A DNA stretch of 64,000 nucleotides. Origin: a virus. Position 1 is the stretch's first letter; every line of letters starts with the position of its first letter. The stretch is taken from IMG/VR virus record IMGVR_UViG_3300042397_000475, positions 2,254-66,253 of that record. The stretch is one strand, 5' to 3'. Both the position numbers and the translations under genes were made by a program. Positions 20,135-26,962 of the stretch are shown here, one piece after another. Under the pieces are notes generated by a model, which worked only from the letters and a program-made list of their open reading frames with translations, made no database searches and was not told where the DNA came from.

Positions 20135-20188
20135 GGCTAGTCAGGGTGCAAATGTCAATGGTGGGCGGTTCGATTCCGCCACTAGTCG
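20135..20188 (+). ncRNA. tRNA-like minihelix (acceptor stem + T arm, no D or anticodon arm)
   Basis: GGCTAGT/ACTAGTC 7-bp acceptor stem; GGCGG-TTCGATT-CCGCC T arm; only a 22-nt linker. Confidence 0.7.
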
Positions 20189-20203
20189 CTAACTTTCAAC
20201 TAT

Positions 20204-20225
20204 CCTTTCGGTGTAGGTAACCGAA
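20204..20225 (+). promoter_or_regulatory. Conserved pre-ATG hairpin motif, copy 1
   Basis: CCTTTCGGTGTAGGTAACCGAA; ATG at 20235. Confidence 0.85.
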
Positions 20226-20234
20226 TCAAATCTT

Positions 20235-20513
20235 ATGAAATTCAATGTATTAGCAGAAGCAATGTTACAAATCAAGGAGTTAGGCTTAGAGGGTACAAAC
20301 TTTGGAATTAAGCAAAGTGTGTACGACGATGGCAAAGGCAAGTATGAGGTTGTGACCGTCGAGGTAAAGTTTGATGTCGACCTAATGAAGAAGTTGACCG
20401 CTATTAGCAATCACGTTAGCTTCAAACCATCGGTAGATGGCAAAGAGCGCTACCTAGGATTCAATACGGTGAGAGGTAGCGAAGGCGATAGACTGGACTT
20501 TAAACTAGTGTAA
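20235..20513 (+). CDS. Early hypothetical protein (92 aa)
   Basis: Preceded by motif copy 1; its TAA stop lies within hammerhead stem I. Confidence 0.8.
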   Translation: MKFNVLAEAMLQIKELGLEGTNFGIKQSVYDDGKGKYEVVTVEVKFDVDLMKKLTAISNHVSFKPSVDGKERYLGFNTVRGSEGDRLDFKLV

Positions 20514-20557
20514 CTGATGAGGCTTGAATAGCCGAAACCCCTACGGGGGTCTTACAC
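20508..20557 (+). ncRNA. Hammerhead ribozyme, type I (copy 1)
   Basis: Stem I GTGTAA/TTACAC; CTGATGA; stem II GGCT-tgaat-AGCC; GAAA; stem III CCCC-tacg-GGGG; GUC cleavage triplet at 20549-51. Confidence 0.93.
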
Positions 20558-20563
20558 ACTTAT

Positions 20564-20584
20564 CCTTGCGGTGTAGGTAACCGC
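20564..20584 (+). promoter_or_regulatory. Conserved pre-ATG hairpin motif, copy 2
   Basis: CCTTGCGGTGTAGGTAACCGC; ATG at 20595. Confidence 0.85.
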
Positions 20585-20594
20585 GTCAAATCAA

Positions 20595-20843
20595 ATGAAT
20601 AATTTATCAGGCAAATTGTTAGCAATCAACGAAATCTCTAATGAAATCTTCGGGGGCGAAATGGCAGACACTTACGTTATCAGCGTATGGGACAAAGAAA
20701 TTACCTTCTCGTGCCATTACAAAAAAGAAATCGCGGCTAAGGCTATCGCAATGGATGGCGCTAAGTGCGAAGTTAATAGCAGTGGCTTTTCCACTATCAC
20801 ATTTAGACATTTTGACTTAGATATCAAAATCACGCTTTCCTAG
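20595..20843 (+). CDS. Early hypothetical protein (82 aa) flanked by two hammerheads
   Basis: Preceded by motif copy 2; TAG stop abuts hammerhead 2. Confidence 0.8.
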   Translation: MNNLSGKLLAINEISNEIFGGEMADTYVISVWDKEITFSCHYKKEIAAKAIAMDGAKCEVNSSGFSTITFRHFDLDIKITLS

Positions 20844-20891
20844 TGTAACTGATGAGTCCTAATGGACGAAACGCCTACGGGCGTCTTACAC
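20843..20891 (+). ncRNA. Hammerhead ribozyme, type I (copy 2)
   Basis: Stem I GTGTAA/TTACAC; CTGATGA; stem II GTCC-taat-GGAC; GAAA; stem III CGCC-tacg-GGCG; GUC triplet at 20883-85. Confidence 0.93.
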
Positions 20892-20897
20892 ACTTAA

Positions 20898-20919
20898 CCT
20901 TTCGGTGTAGGTAACCGAA
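20898..20919 (+). promoter_or_regulatory. Conserved pre-ATG hairpin motif, copy 3
   Basis: CCTTTCGGTGTAGGTAACCGAA; ATG at 20929. Confidence 0.85.
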
Positions 20920-20928
20920 TCAAATGCT

Positions 20929-21222
20929 ATGAATAACTTAATCGAAAAGTCTTACGAAATTGACAACTCTTGGACAATAACAAGAGCGGATGGCACAAGT
21001 TTGCCAATGCATAAAATTGTGAGCGTAAGGATTGCAGATGGTGATACGGTCATCTATTATTCAATACAAAGAACAAATGGCGTAGGCGAAAGTTACATCC
21101 TTATGCAAAGAAAAAATGCCAAACTCCACTACAATGAAAAAACATATTGGAAAAATTACGATGACAACGCAAAGTTTGAGCGCGCCATCAAAAGAATTGA
21201 GCGTATGGTTTCTAGTCTTTAA
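20929..21222 (+). CDS. Early hypothetical protein (97 aa)
   Basis: Preceded by motif copy 3. Confidence 0.75.
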   Translation: MNNLIEKSYEIDNSWTITRADGTSLPMHKIVSVRIADGDTVIYYSIQRTNGVGESYILMQRKNAKLHYNEKTYWKNYDDNAKFERAIKRIERMVSSL

Positions 21223-21235
21223 TCTTTCAACCAAA

Positions 21236-21256
21236 CCTTGCGGTGTAGGTAACCGC
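21236..21256 (+). promoter_or_regulatory. Conserved pre-ATG hairpin motif, copy 4
   Basis: CCTTGCGGTGTAGGTAACCGC; ATG at 21267. Confidence 0.85.
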
Positions 21257-21266
21257 GACACATCTT

Positions 21267-21485
21267 ATGAATACGAACAGAAAAATCAATATCGCTAACA
21301 CCATCACATATTTATGCGGGGCATTGCTTTCCTTATTCGCTCTTACGGGCTTAGTTAAGGCGTGGTACTTTAGTGACCCAACAATCGACACGGGTGCACA
21401 TTGGATTGTATGCGCGTTCGGTATCATCACTATGTTTTTCTCGATGTTTGCAAGCGATGAGCAAAAAAAATCACGCAAGCAATAA
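21267..21485 (+). CDS. Small early membrane protein (2 predicted TM helices)
   Basis: 72 aa with two hydrophobic stretches; preceded by motif copy 4. Confidence 0.7.
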   Translation: MNTNRKINIANTITYLCGALLSLFALTGLVKAWYFSDPTIDTGAHWIVCAFGIITMFFSMFASDEQKKSRKQ

Positions 21486-21526
21486 TCGTTTCAACTATCA
21501 CACATTCACACACACACACAAATCTT

Positions 21527-22447
21527 ATGGCAACTCAAGCAGAATTAATCGACCAAATCAATGACACAATTATCGCGGGCTTACAAGCTAAGGGCTTACA
21601 ATGGTTCAAACCATTTAAGGATAGCTCCACCCTACAATGGAACGCTATAAACTCATCAGGCAAGGCTTACCGAGGTGTTAATCAGTTTATCCTATCAGCT
21701 AAGGCTATCGACAAAGGATGGGTTAATAAATGGTATACCTTTGCTCAAGTAAGCAAGCTAGATGGACGTGTTAACAAGGGCGAAAAGTCTACGGATGTAT
21801 ACCTTTGGAAGGTCAACTTTGCAGTAGAAATCGCGGGCAAAGTTCAATATTTCCCACGCATTGAGGATATCCCATCGCACCTACAAAAGCAAGCTAAGAA
21901 AGCGTTCTACCTACAGACATTTAAGGTGTTTTCTATATCACAAACCAATTTGCCTATAGACACCCCCGCTGAGCCTATCGAGGTTACAGAATTGGAAGCG
22001 GACGCACACGCTGAGTCTATCCTTCAGGCTTGGACTAGCGAGGTTGTAACTATTAAGCATTCAGGCTTAGGTCGCGCTTACTATTCTCCTAGCGGGGACT
22101 ACATCCATATGCCATCTAAGACTACAGACCAATGGAAATCGAACGGGGACTACTACAAAGTATTCTTTCACGAAGCTATCCATAGCACAGGTCATTCGTC
22201 ACGCCTTAATCGCTTAGATAAGACGGCAAACTTTGGCTCTGACGAGTATAGTAAGGAGGAATTAGTAGCTGAACTAGGCGCGCTATATTTAGAGGCTATC
22301 ACGGGCATTAAAACAATCGTCGACGATGTCAAAAACTCGCAGGCTTATATCAACGGATGGATTAGTAAATTAAAATCTGACCCTAAGTTGATTATGAGCG
22401 CCTCTACCAAGGCTCACGAAGCAGTAGAATTAATCCTATCCAAGTAA
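21527..22447 (+). CDS. ardC: ArdC-family ssDNA-binding antirestriction protein with zincin-like metallopeptidase domain
   Basis: W.KPF, YRGVNQFIL, WYTFAQ, V.KGEKS, AYYSP..DYIHMP, FHEAIHSTGH..RL.R, YSKEELVAELGA, SQAYINGW. Confidence 0.9.
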   Translation: MATQAELIDQINDTIIAGLQAKGLQWFKPFKDSSTLQWNAINSSGKAYRGVNQFILSAKAIDKGWVNKWYTFAQVSKLDGRVNKGEKSTDVYLWKVNFAVEIAGKVQYFPRIEDIPSHLQKQAKKAFYLQTFKVFSISQTNLPIDTPAEPIEVTELEADAHAESILQAWTSEVVTIKHSGLGRAYYSPSGDYIHMPSKTTDQWKSNGDYYKVFFHEAIHSTGHSSRLNRLDKTANFGSDEYSKEELVAELGALYLEAITGIKTIVDDVKNSQAYINGWISKLKSDPKLIMSASTKAHEAVELILSK

Positions 22448-22462
22448 TTTCCACTATCAAAA

Positions 22463-22485
22463 CCTTGCGGTGTATAGGTAACCGC
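22463..22485 (+). promoter_or_regulatory. Conserved pre-ATG hairpin motif, copy 5
   Basis: CCTTGCGGTGTATAGGTAACCGC; ATG at 22494. Confidence 0.85.
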
Positions 22486-22493
22486 TCACTATT

Positions 22494-22733
22494 ATGGCAC
22501 GTTCAAAAAAAACAATTAGTGTATCTAATATGATAGATTATGCTAATGCTAATCTAGCAAGAACAGATGTATATGCAACTAAAGAATTTAAAGTAGGTAT
22601 CACAATTATGATAGAAGAAATTTTGCATAGAACAGATAATTATTGGGGCTTTATGTTTCTAGACAATAACGACTCAAAAACGGATAGCCTTGGCTATTAT
22701 TCGAGAAAATACTTTAAGTCACATAAATTGTAA
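22494..22733 (+). CDS. Early hypothetical protein (79 aa)
   Basis: Preceded by motif copy 5. Confidence 0.75.
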   Translation: MARSKKTISVSNMIDYANANLARTDVYATKEFKVGITIMIEEILHRTDNYWGFMFLDNNDSKTDSLGYYSRKYFKSHKL

Positions 22734-22743
22734 AAACTAACAA

Positions 22744-22766
22744 CCTTGCGGTGTATAGGTGACCGC
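22744..22766 (+). promoter_or_regulatory. Conserved pre-ATG hairpin motif, copy 6
   Basis: CCTTGCGGTGTATAGGTGACCGC; ATG at 22776. Confidence 0.85.
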
Positions 22767-22775
22767 ATTAAGACT

Positions 22776-22949
22776 ATGAATAATAGATATGTAATCACAT
22801 TTGGATTTGAAGGAGAAAACGGCTTTCAAGTACAAAAATCCAAACCAATCCCAGCTAATGATGAGCAAGAGGCTTGCCAAATGTTATCTAATCAATTCGA
22901 AAATTACGAAGGTATTTCTATTGACATCCTTTTAGTAACTAAACAATAA
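22776..22949 (+). CDS. Early hypothetical protein (57 aa)
   Basis: Start moved to the ATG at 22776 following motif copy 6. Confidence 0.7.
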   Translation: MNNRYVITFGFEGENGFQVQKSKPIPANDEQEACQMLSNQFENYEGISIDILLVTKQ

Positions 22950-22957
22950 TCATTTAA

Positions 22958-22979
22958 CCTTGCGGTGTAGGTCAACCGC
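22958..22979 (+). promoter_or_regulatory. Conserved pre-ATG hairpin motif, copy 7
   Basis: CCTTGCGGTGTAGGTCAACCGC; ATG at 22990. Confidence 0.85.
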
Positions 22980-22989
22980 ATACACACTT

Positions 22990-23229
22990 ATGAAAGCATA
23001 CCCAAAAAAAGTAGTTGAGCGTCGCATCAACTTAACCTTAGACGAAGTAGAATCTATGGTCGAATTTCTTAAGGCAAATTACCCTAAGGAAAATCAATTA
23101 CCTGAAATAAAAACATCACTTAATAATATACTGATTGCCCTAGACTTTGAAGATGTAGAATCAGATGGATGGGAATTTTATAGCAATGGCAGTCGAGTTA
23201 ACTTAAACCCTAAACCCCTTTCATTATGA
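22990..23229 (+). CDS. Early hypothetical protein (79 aa)
   Basis: Start moved to the ATG at 22990 following motif copy 7. Confidence 0.7.
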   Translation: MKAYPKKVVERRINLTLDEVESMVEFLKANYPKENQLPEIKTSLNNILIALDFEDVESDGWEFYSNGSRVNLNPKPLSL

Positions 23230-23639
23230 AAATTCAAGAATTATTAGACTTGCGCACAGACGCATTCCAAAAGTATTTATTTGCTCCCGTTGTAATGAAT
23301 AAGGTCTACTCAAACGAAGATGAAATCGTTCAATTCACAGACACGGCTTTCATAGATAAACATACGGGCGATGTAGTTTACCTTGTTGAGTTTGGCATTG
23401 ACCGCTCCCATCCTCTGTATGGCGTTGTAGACCCTAGATATGGCTTTGTGGTTAGCGGATTTGAGCCTGATAGCGATGGAGGCTTCGAGTTTTCTTATCT
23501 ATATGAAATAGAAAATAATACTATTGCAGATTACGAAACGGCAGAAGACTTTTTAAAAAGTTACGAATTAGTCTTAGGCGTTACCCACGAAGTTGTAAAA
23601 ATCATTAATCGATATGTCGAAAGAAAAAACAGATATTAA
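23226..23639 (+). CDS. Hypothetical protein (137 aa, acidic)
   Basis: ATGA overlap with the upstream gene. Confidence 0.7.
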   Translation: MKIQELLDLRTDAFQKYLFAPVVMNKVYSNEDEIVQFTDTAFIDKHTGDVVYLVEFGIDRSHPLYGVVDPRYGFVVSGFEPDSDGGFEFSYLYEIENNTIADYETAEDFLKSYELVLGVTHEVVKIINRYVERKNRY

Positions 23640-23640
23640 T

Positions 23641-23868
23641 ATGGCAACAGTCAGAGAAATCCTAGAAACCAACAACGACTTGCGTTCACGTTATATCAAC
23701 GCAATCACAAACTTTTGCAAGGAGCGGATGCACTCTAAGTCAGGTGACAAAGAAGCGCCCGCTATCAGACAAATTATGGACATCTTCTTTTGGATGGGCG
23801 AAATATCTGAGAAGCAAATGGACTGGGTGGTGAAGTACGCTACCAAGAATCAAATCACTTTAAATTAA
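23641..23868 (+). CDS. Hypothetical protein
   Basis: Tightly packed ORF in the early operon. Confidence 0.65.
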   Translation: MATVREILETNNDLRSRYINAITNFCKERMHSKSGDKEAPAIRQIMDIFFWMGEISEKQMDWVVKYATKNQITLN

Positions 23869-23873
23869 TAGCA

Positions 23874-24071
23874 ATGAATGTCACTATCAACATTTTAGAA
23901 CTAGCAAGCGAACTTGCTGATAAAGAATTACGAGAGAAATGGGATTTCCGTGATGGACAAGCAGATGTCGATGACGGACACGGCGGTATAATGTATTCAG
24001 AAACCGCACAAGATATCTTTGATAGATTATACGACGAATATTATACAACCATAGACCAAATAAAGCAATGA
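23874..24071 (+). CDS. Hypothetical protein (65 aa, acidic)
   Basis: Tightly packed ORF. Confidence 0.65.
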   Translation: MNVTINILELASELADKELREKWDFRDGQADVDDGHGGIMYSETAQDIFDRLYDEYYTTIDQIKQ

Positions 24072-24274
24072 AAGCAAATTATGATTACCCTTTCTTTCTT
24101 TTTAGTAACCTAATTAGAGAGATGTATTTCACACAAGTAGAGGATATGGATTATGACCTTATGTTTGATGAGACAATCAAATTATACGAAGATTTTTTAG
24201 CATCAGAATTTAACACACAAAAGCAGAGTTATTACGAAACGATGCAACAATACATAGTTAACTTAATCGACTAA
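24068..24274 (+). CDS. Hypothetical protein (68 aa, acidic)
   Basis: ATGA overlap. Confidence 0.65.
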   Translation: MKANYDYPFFLFSNLIREMYFTQVEDMDYDLMFDETIKLYEDFLASEFNTQKQSYYETMQQYIVNLID

Positions 24275-24278
24275 ACAA

Positions 24279-24479
24279 ATGAAAACAATTGAAATCAAAT
24301 GGAGTACAGAAGATGTGCTAATGCAAGCAGAAAATTTGGATATCAAATTAACTGAAGACCAAGCAGACGAAATTTTAGAAAGTTTGGGTGATAATCACGA
24401 TGCAACAATCGGAATAAATTGGGATGTTATCTCATTTTATATCGAAGATTATTCAAGAAGAGAAAACATATTTAAATAA
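24279..24479 (+). CDS. Hypothetical phage protein (66 aa, acidic)
   Basis: Packed ORF; W..EDV...LT..QA.EIL...HDA.IGINWDVI. Confidence 0.7.
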   Translation: MKTIEIKWSTEDVLMQAENLDIKLTEDQADEILESLGDNHDATIGINWDVISFYIEDYSRRENIFK

Positions 24480-24483
24480 CCTT

Positions 24484-24696
24484 ATGAGACAGTCAGATAA
24501 ACTTAAGCAGTACCTAGCAGATTATATGGCAGAAATAGATGCCATTAACTTTCCCGAAAAAACTTATGAAGAACATTTCATTAAAAATATGAAACTAAGG
24601 GATTTTGATTTACTCGCATATTGGCTACACTATAACGGTGTATTTGATGGCGGAGAAGATATGCTATCTAAACTAAAAATATTAATAACTGAATAA
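24484..24696 (+). CDS. Hypothetical protein
   Basis: ATG at 24484 directly after the upstream stop. Confidence 0.6.
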   Translation: MRQSDKLKQYLADYMAEIDAINFPEKTYEEHFIKNMKLRDFDLLAYWLHYNGVFDGGEDMLSKLKILITE

Positions 24697-24703
24697 CAAC
24701 CTT

Positions 24704-24871
24704 ATGACAAAGCACGAAGCAACCAAAGCCCTAGCAGACAAATTGCTAGAAGAATTACGCACGAAATTAGCGGACAGAATGTATACGTCTGATGGCGGAA
24801 CTAATGGAGAGTTCTACGAAGAGTTTACCTTAATAGATGACATTCAAGCGCTTGTAAGCGCACTAGACTAA
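24704..24871 (+). CDS. Hypothetical protein (55 aa, not in ORF track)
   Basis: MTKHEATKALADKLLEELR...VSALD*; fills the gap in the operon. Confidence 0.6.
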   Translation: MTKHEATKALADKLLEELRTKLADRMYTSDGGTNGEFYEEFTLIDDIQALVSALD

Positions 24872-24930
24872 ACACAAATGAATCACGAAGACTTAGCCCA
24901 CCTAATGTGGCTACTAAACAACAACAAGTA

Positions 24931-25158
24931 ATGAGCAATCAGAGAGAAAAAATTATCAACGCGATACAAGATTGTCGTGTTGAAGACATCTCGGTAAGAG
25001 AGATGGAGCATTTTGCAAAATTGTATACGGATGAATTAGTCGACGTGTTGATTAATGAACTATACGAAAAGCACAAAGCGCTAGAAGATAACATATCAGC
25101 GTGTAACGTAGAGACTAAGAGACTGCTAGACATCATAGAAAATGGCAACAACCTTTAA
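24931..25158 (+). CDS. Hypothetical protein
   Basis: Packed ORF. Confidence 0.6.
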   Translation: MSNQREKIINAIQDCRVEDISVREMEHFAKLYTDELVDVLINELYEKHKALEDNISACNVETKRLLDIIENGNNL

Positions 25159-25414
25159 TGTAATCATAAACCCGTTCTTACAAAGAATGTGTGTGTATGC
25201 CCGCGTCAACAAGGTTGACTGCGAGGCAATTATTCCCTACGGAAGTTTAGATGAATGGAATGCATTCGAGTTCAATGGCGTGGTATTTGACATCCACTTG
25301 CTATACGATGAAGACATCGAAGTTAGCATCTATGAAGTAAAGGATGGTATCACGGCTGAGTATCAGAATCCATCTCCAGTTAAACTTACAATCAGAACTA
25401 AAGATGAATTCTAA
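25142..25414 (+). CDS. Hypothetical protein (90 aa)
   Basis: Overlapping packed ORF. Confidence 0.65.
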   Translation: MATTFNVIINPFLQRMCVYARVNKVDCEAIIPYGSLDEWNAFEFNGVVFDIHLLYDEDIEVSIYEVKDGITAEYQNPSPVKLTIRTKDEF

Positions 25415-25513
25415 AAACTCCTACGTCGACCTAATAGAGGTCGTTATAATTATCATATCAATATGTGTCGCATATTATTTAATCGTATTATAAATATTTT
25501 AAAACCAAACAAA

Positions 25514-25828
25514 ATGAAAAATCAAGAAAAAATTGAGTTCGATTACGCGTTGTATCAGATTGGATTATATGACGCATACATTAACTATCATTCAGAGCAA
25601 CCATTTGAAATTATCTCTATCAGAAATGGGTATGCTATTGGATGGAGAGGTGACATCGCCACTAACGTAAGCGTTACCGACATCTATCTATCCAAACGCC
25701 CGCGCAAAGTATGGGTACACATCATCGAATCGCCCGAAGGTTTACTAACGTCACGCGTTACTGACTATCAAGATGTATCTACCTACAAGGGAAACACAAT
25801 CGTTAAACAAATCGAGGTAGAGATATGA
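25514..25828 (+). CDS. Hypothetical protein
   Basis: ATG at 25514 follows an AACCAAACAAA leader. Confidence 0.65.
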   Translation: MKNQEKIEFDYALYQIGLYDAYINYHSEQPFEIISIRNGYAIGWRGDIATNVSVTDIYLSKRPRKVWVHIIESPEGLLTSRVTDYQDVSTYKGNTIVKQIEVEI

Positions 25829-26058
25829 GAAAGTTATCAAATGAATTAGTAGTAATCCTTATTGGATTTTTCTGCTTGGTAGGTGTAGCATTAACGCTAT
25901 ACCTATCACGCGATTCAGGTAAGTATACCATCAAAACAGAGTTTAGTACCTATTGCGCAGACAACTTTAGAGTCTACGGCAAGGGCATTACATTCACCAC
26001 CTCCGATGGTCGGAAGGTTATTACACAAGGTAATTTTGAAATCTATATAAATAAATAA
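25825..26058 (+). CDS. Small membrane-anchored protein
   Basis: 77 aa with an N-terminal hydrophobic helix. Confidence 0.65.
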   Translation: MRKLSNELVVILIGFFCLVGVALTLYLSRDSGKYTIKTEFSTYCADNFRVYGKGITFTTSDGRKVITQGNFEIYINK

Positions 26059-26061
26059 ATT

Positions 26062-26304
26062 ATGACACCATACGAAAAGGCTAAAGACTTGGTACGTAGA
26101 TACTATCAGATAGTACCAAACTTTGACACGGCAAAGGACTGCGCAGGATTAGCGGTCTATGAATTAATTGAGGATAGAATCAGCAAGGGTCTAGATGCTG
26201 AAGACTTACAACAACTACGCATAGAGATTTATGCGCTAGGTAGCCCGCATATTAACACAGAGGCTAGAGTAGATAGATTTAATGAAGAACTTAACAACAA
26301 CTAA
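26062..26304 (+). CDS. Hypothetical protein
   Basis: 80 aa; MTP.EKAK.L...AK.CA..AV.E pattern recurrent in Bacteroidota phages. Confidence 0.65.
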   Translation: MTPYEKAKDLVRRYYQIVPNFDTAKDCAGLAVYELIEDRISKGLDAEDLQQLRIEIYALGSPHINTEARVDRFNEELNNN

Positions 26305-26316
26305 ACAACAGAAAAA

Positions 26317-26592
26317 ATGAGAAAAGTAGTAGCAACATATTTAACAAAAGAATCAGGTACTAAAAAAGAAATCTATGAGGTATACAATCCTAATGTAGAC
26401 ACAAGCAAGTTAATCCAAGGGTCAAAGTATTTGGTAGAGTATCGTCTATTAAACAAGGTAGTCTCAGATTTTGGTGTATTCCTTGAGGGAACTCCAGACT
26501 TTAGGACACTAATCTTTACGCACCCACGTGAAATGTTTAGGACTATTGGTATTCCGACAATGAATATAAATAATCTAACATTGGTTGACTAA
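26317..26592 (+). CDS. Hypothetical protein (91 aa)
   Basis: Packed ORF. Confidence 0.65.
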   Translation: MRKVVATYLTKESGTKKEIYEVYNPNVDTSKLIQGSKYLVEYRLLNKVVSDFGVFLEGTPDFRTLIFTHPREMFRTIGIPTMNINNLTLVD

Positions 26593-26615
26593 TTAAAACT
26601 AATGTTGTACATTTG
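26585..26615 (+). promoter_or_regulatory. Promoter of the replication operon (TTG ... TACATTTG)
   Basis: Bacteroidota -33/-7 consensus. Confidence 0.7.
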
Positions 26616-26625
26616 AATCGTACAA

Positions 26626-26720
26626 TCGGATGAGGTGAAGTTGCGGTCAACTCATTCGGTATTCAAGGCAACTTGAACCGCCCCCTTACCTGCGCAACAA
26701 GGTTTGGGGGTTTATTTTTT
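26626..26720 (+). promoter_or_regulatory. Structured leader / attenuator with intrinsic terminator
   Basis: Hairpins 26626-59 and 26662-77 (GCAA tetraloop); terminator 26681-26710 plus TTTATTTTTT; loops GTTGCG and CGCAAC are complementary. Confidence 0.65.
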
Positions 26721-26725
26721 GCGCT

Positions 26726-26962
26726 ATGGAAGAAGAAGTTATTTACGAAAATCCATTTGTAGGCGATGAGCTAGAAATTATGTGTCACAGAGCGATACTT
26801 AATATGCGCAAGGTTCGCCTAGAGAAAGATATAAGAGACTACTCTCAGTTGTTTAGGTACGCAACACCTGAGATGGAGGCATTCGAGAAATTAGTAAATA
26901 TTGTCGAGGGTCTAGTTAAAGACCTAAGCGAAGTAAACGAGAAGTTAACACAAGCAATATGA
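26726..26962 (+). CDS. Hypothetical coiled-coil protein (78 aa)
   Basis: First gene after the leader; overlaps the initiator start. Confidence 0.65.
   Translation: MEEEVIYENPFVGDELEIMCHRAILNMRKVRLEKDIRDYSQLFRYATPEMEAFEKLVNIVEGLVKDLSEVNEKLTQAI

Noticed and set aside
19718-20188. tmRNA or RNase P RNA
   Set aside because: The acceptor stem pairs locally (20135-41/20181-87), not with the 5' end; no G3-U70 alanine identity, tag ORF or GAGGAAAGUCC core is visible
20204-22979. CRISPR array interpretation of the 7-copy repeat
   Set aside because: The intervening sequences are 190-1200 bp whole genes, spacing is irregular, and no cas genes are present
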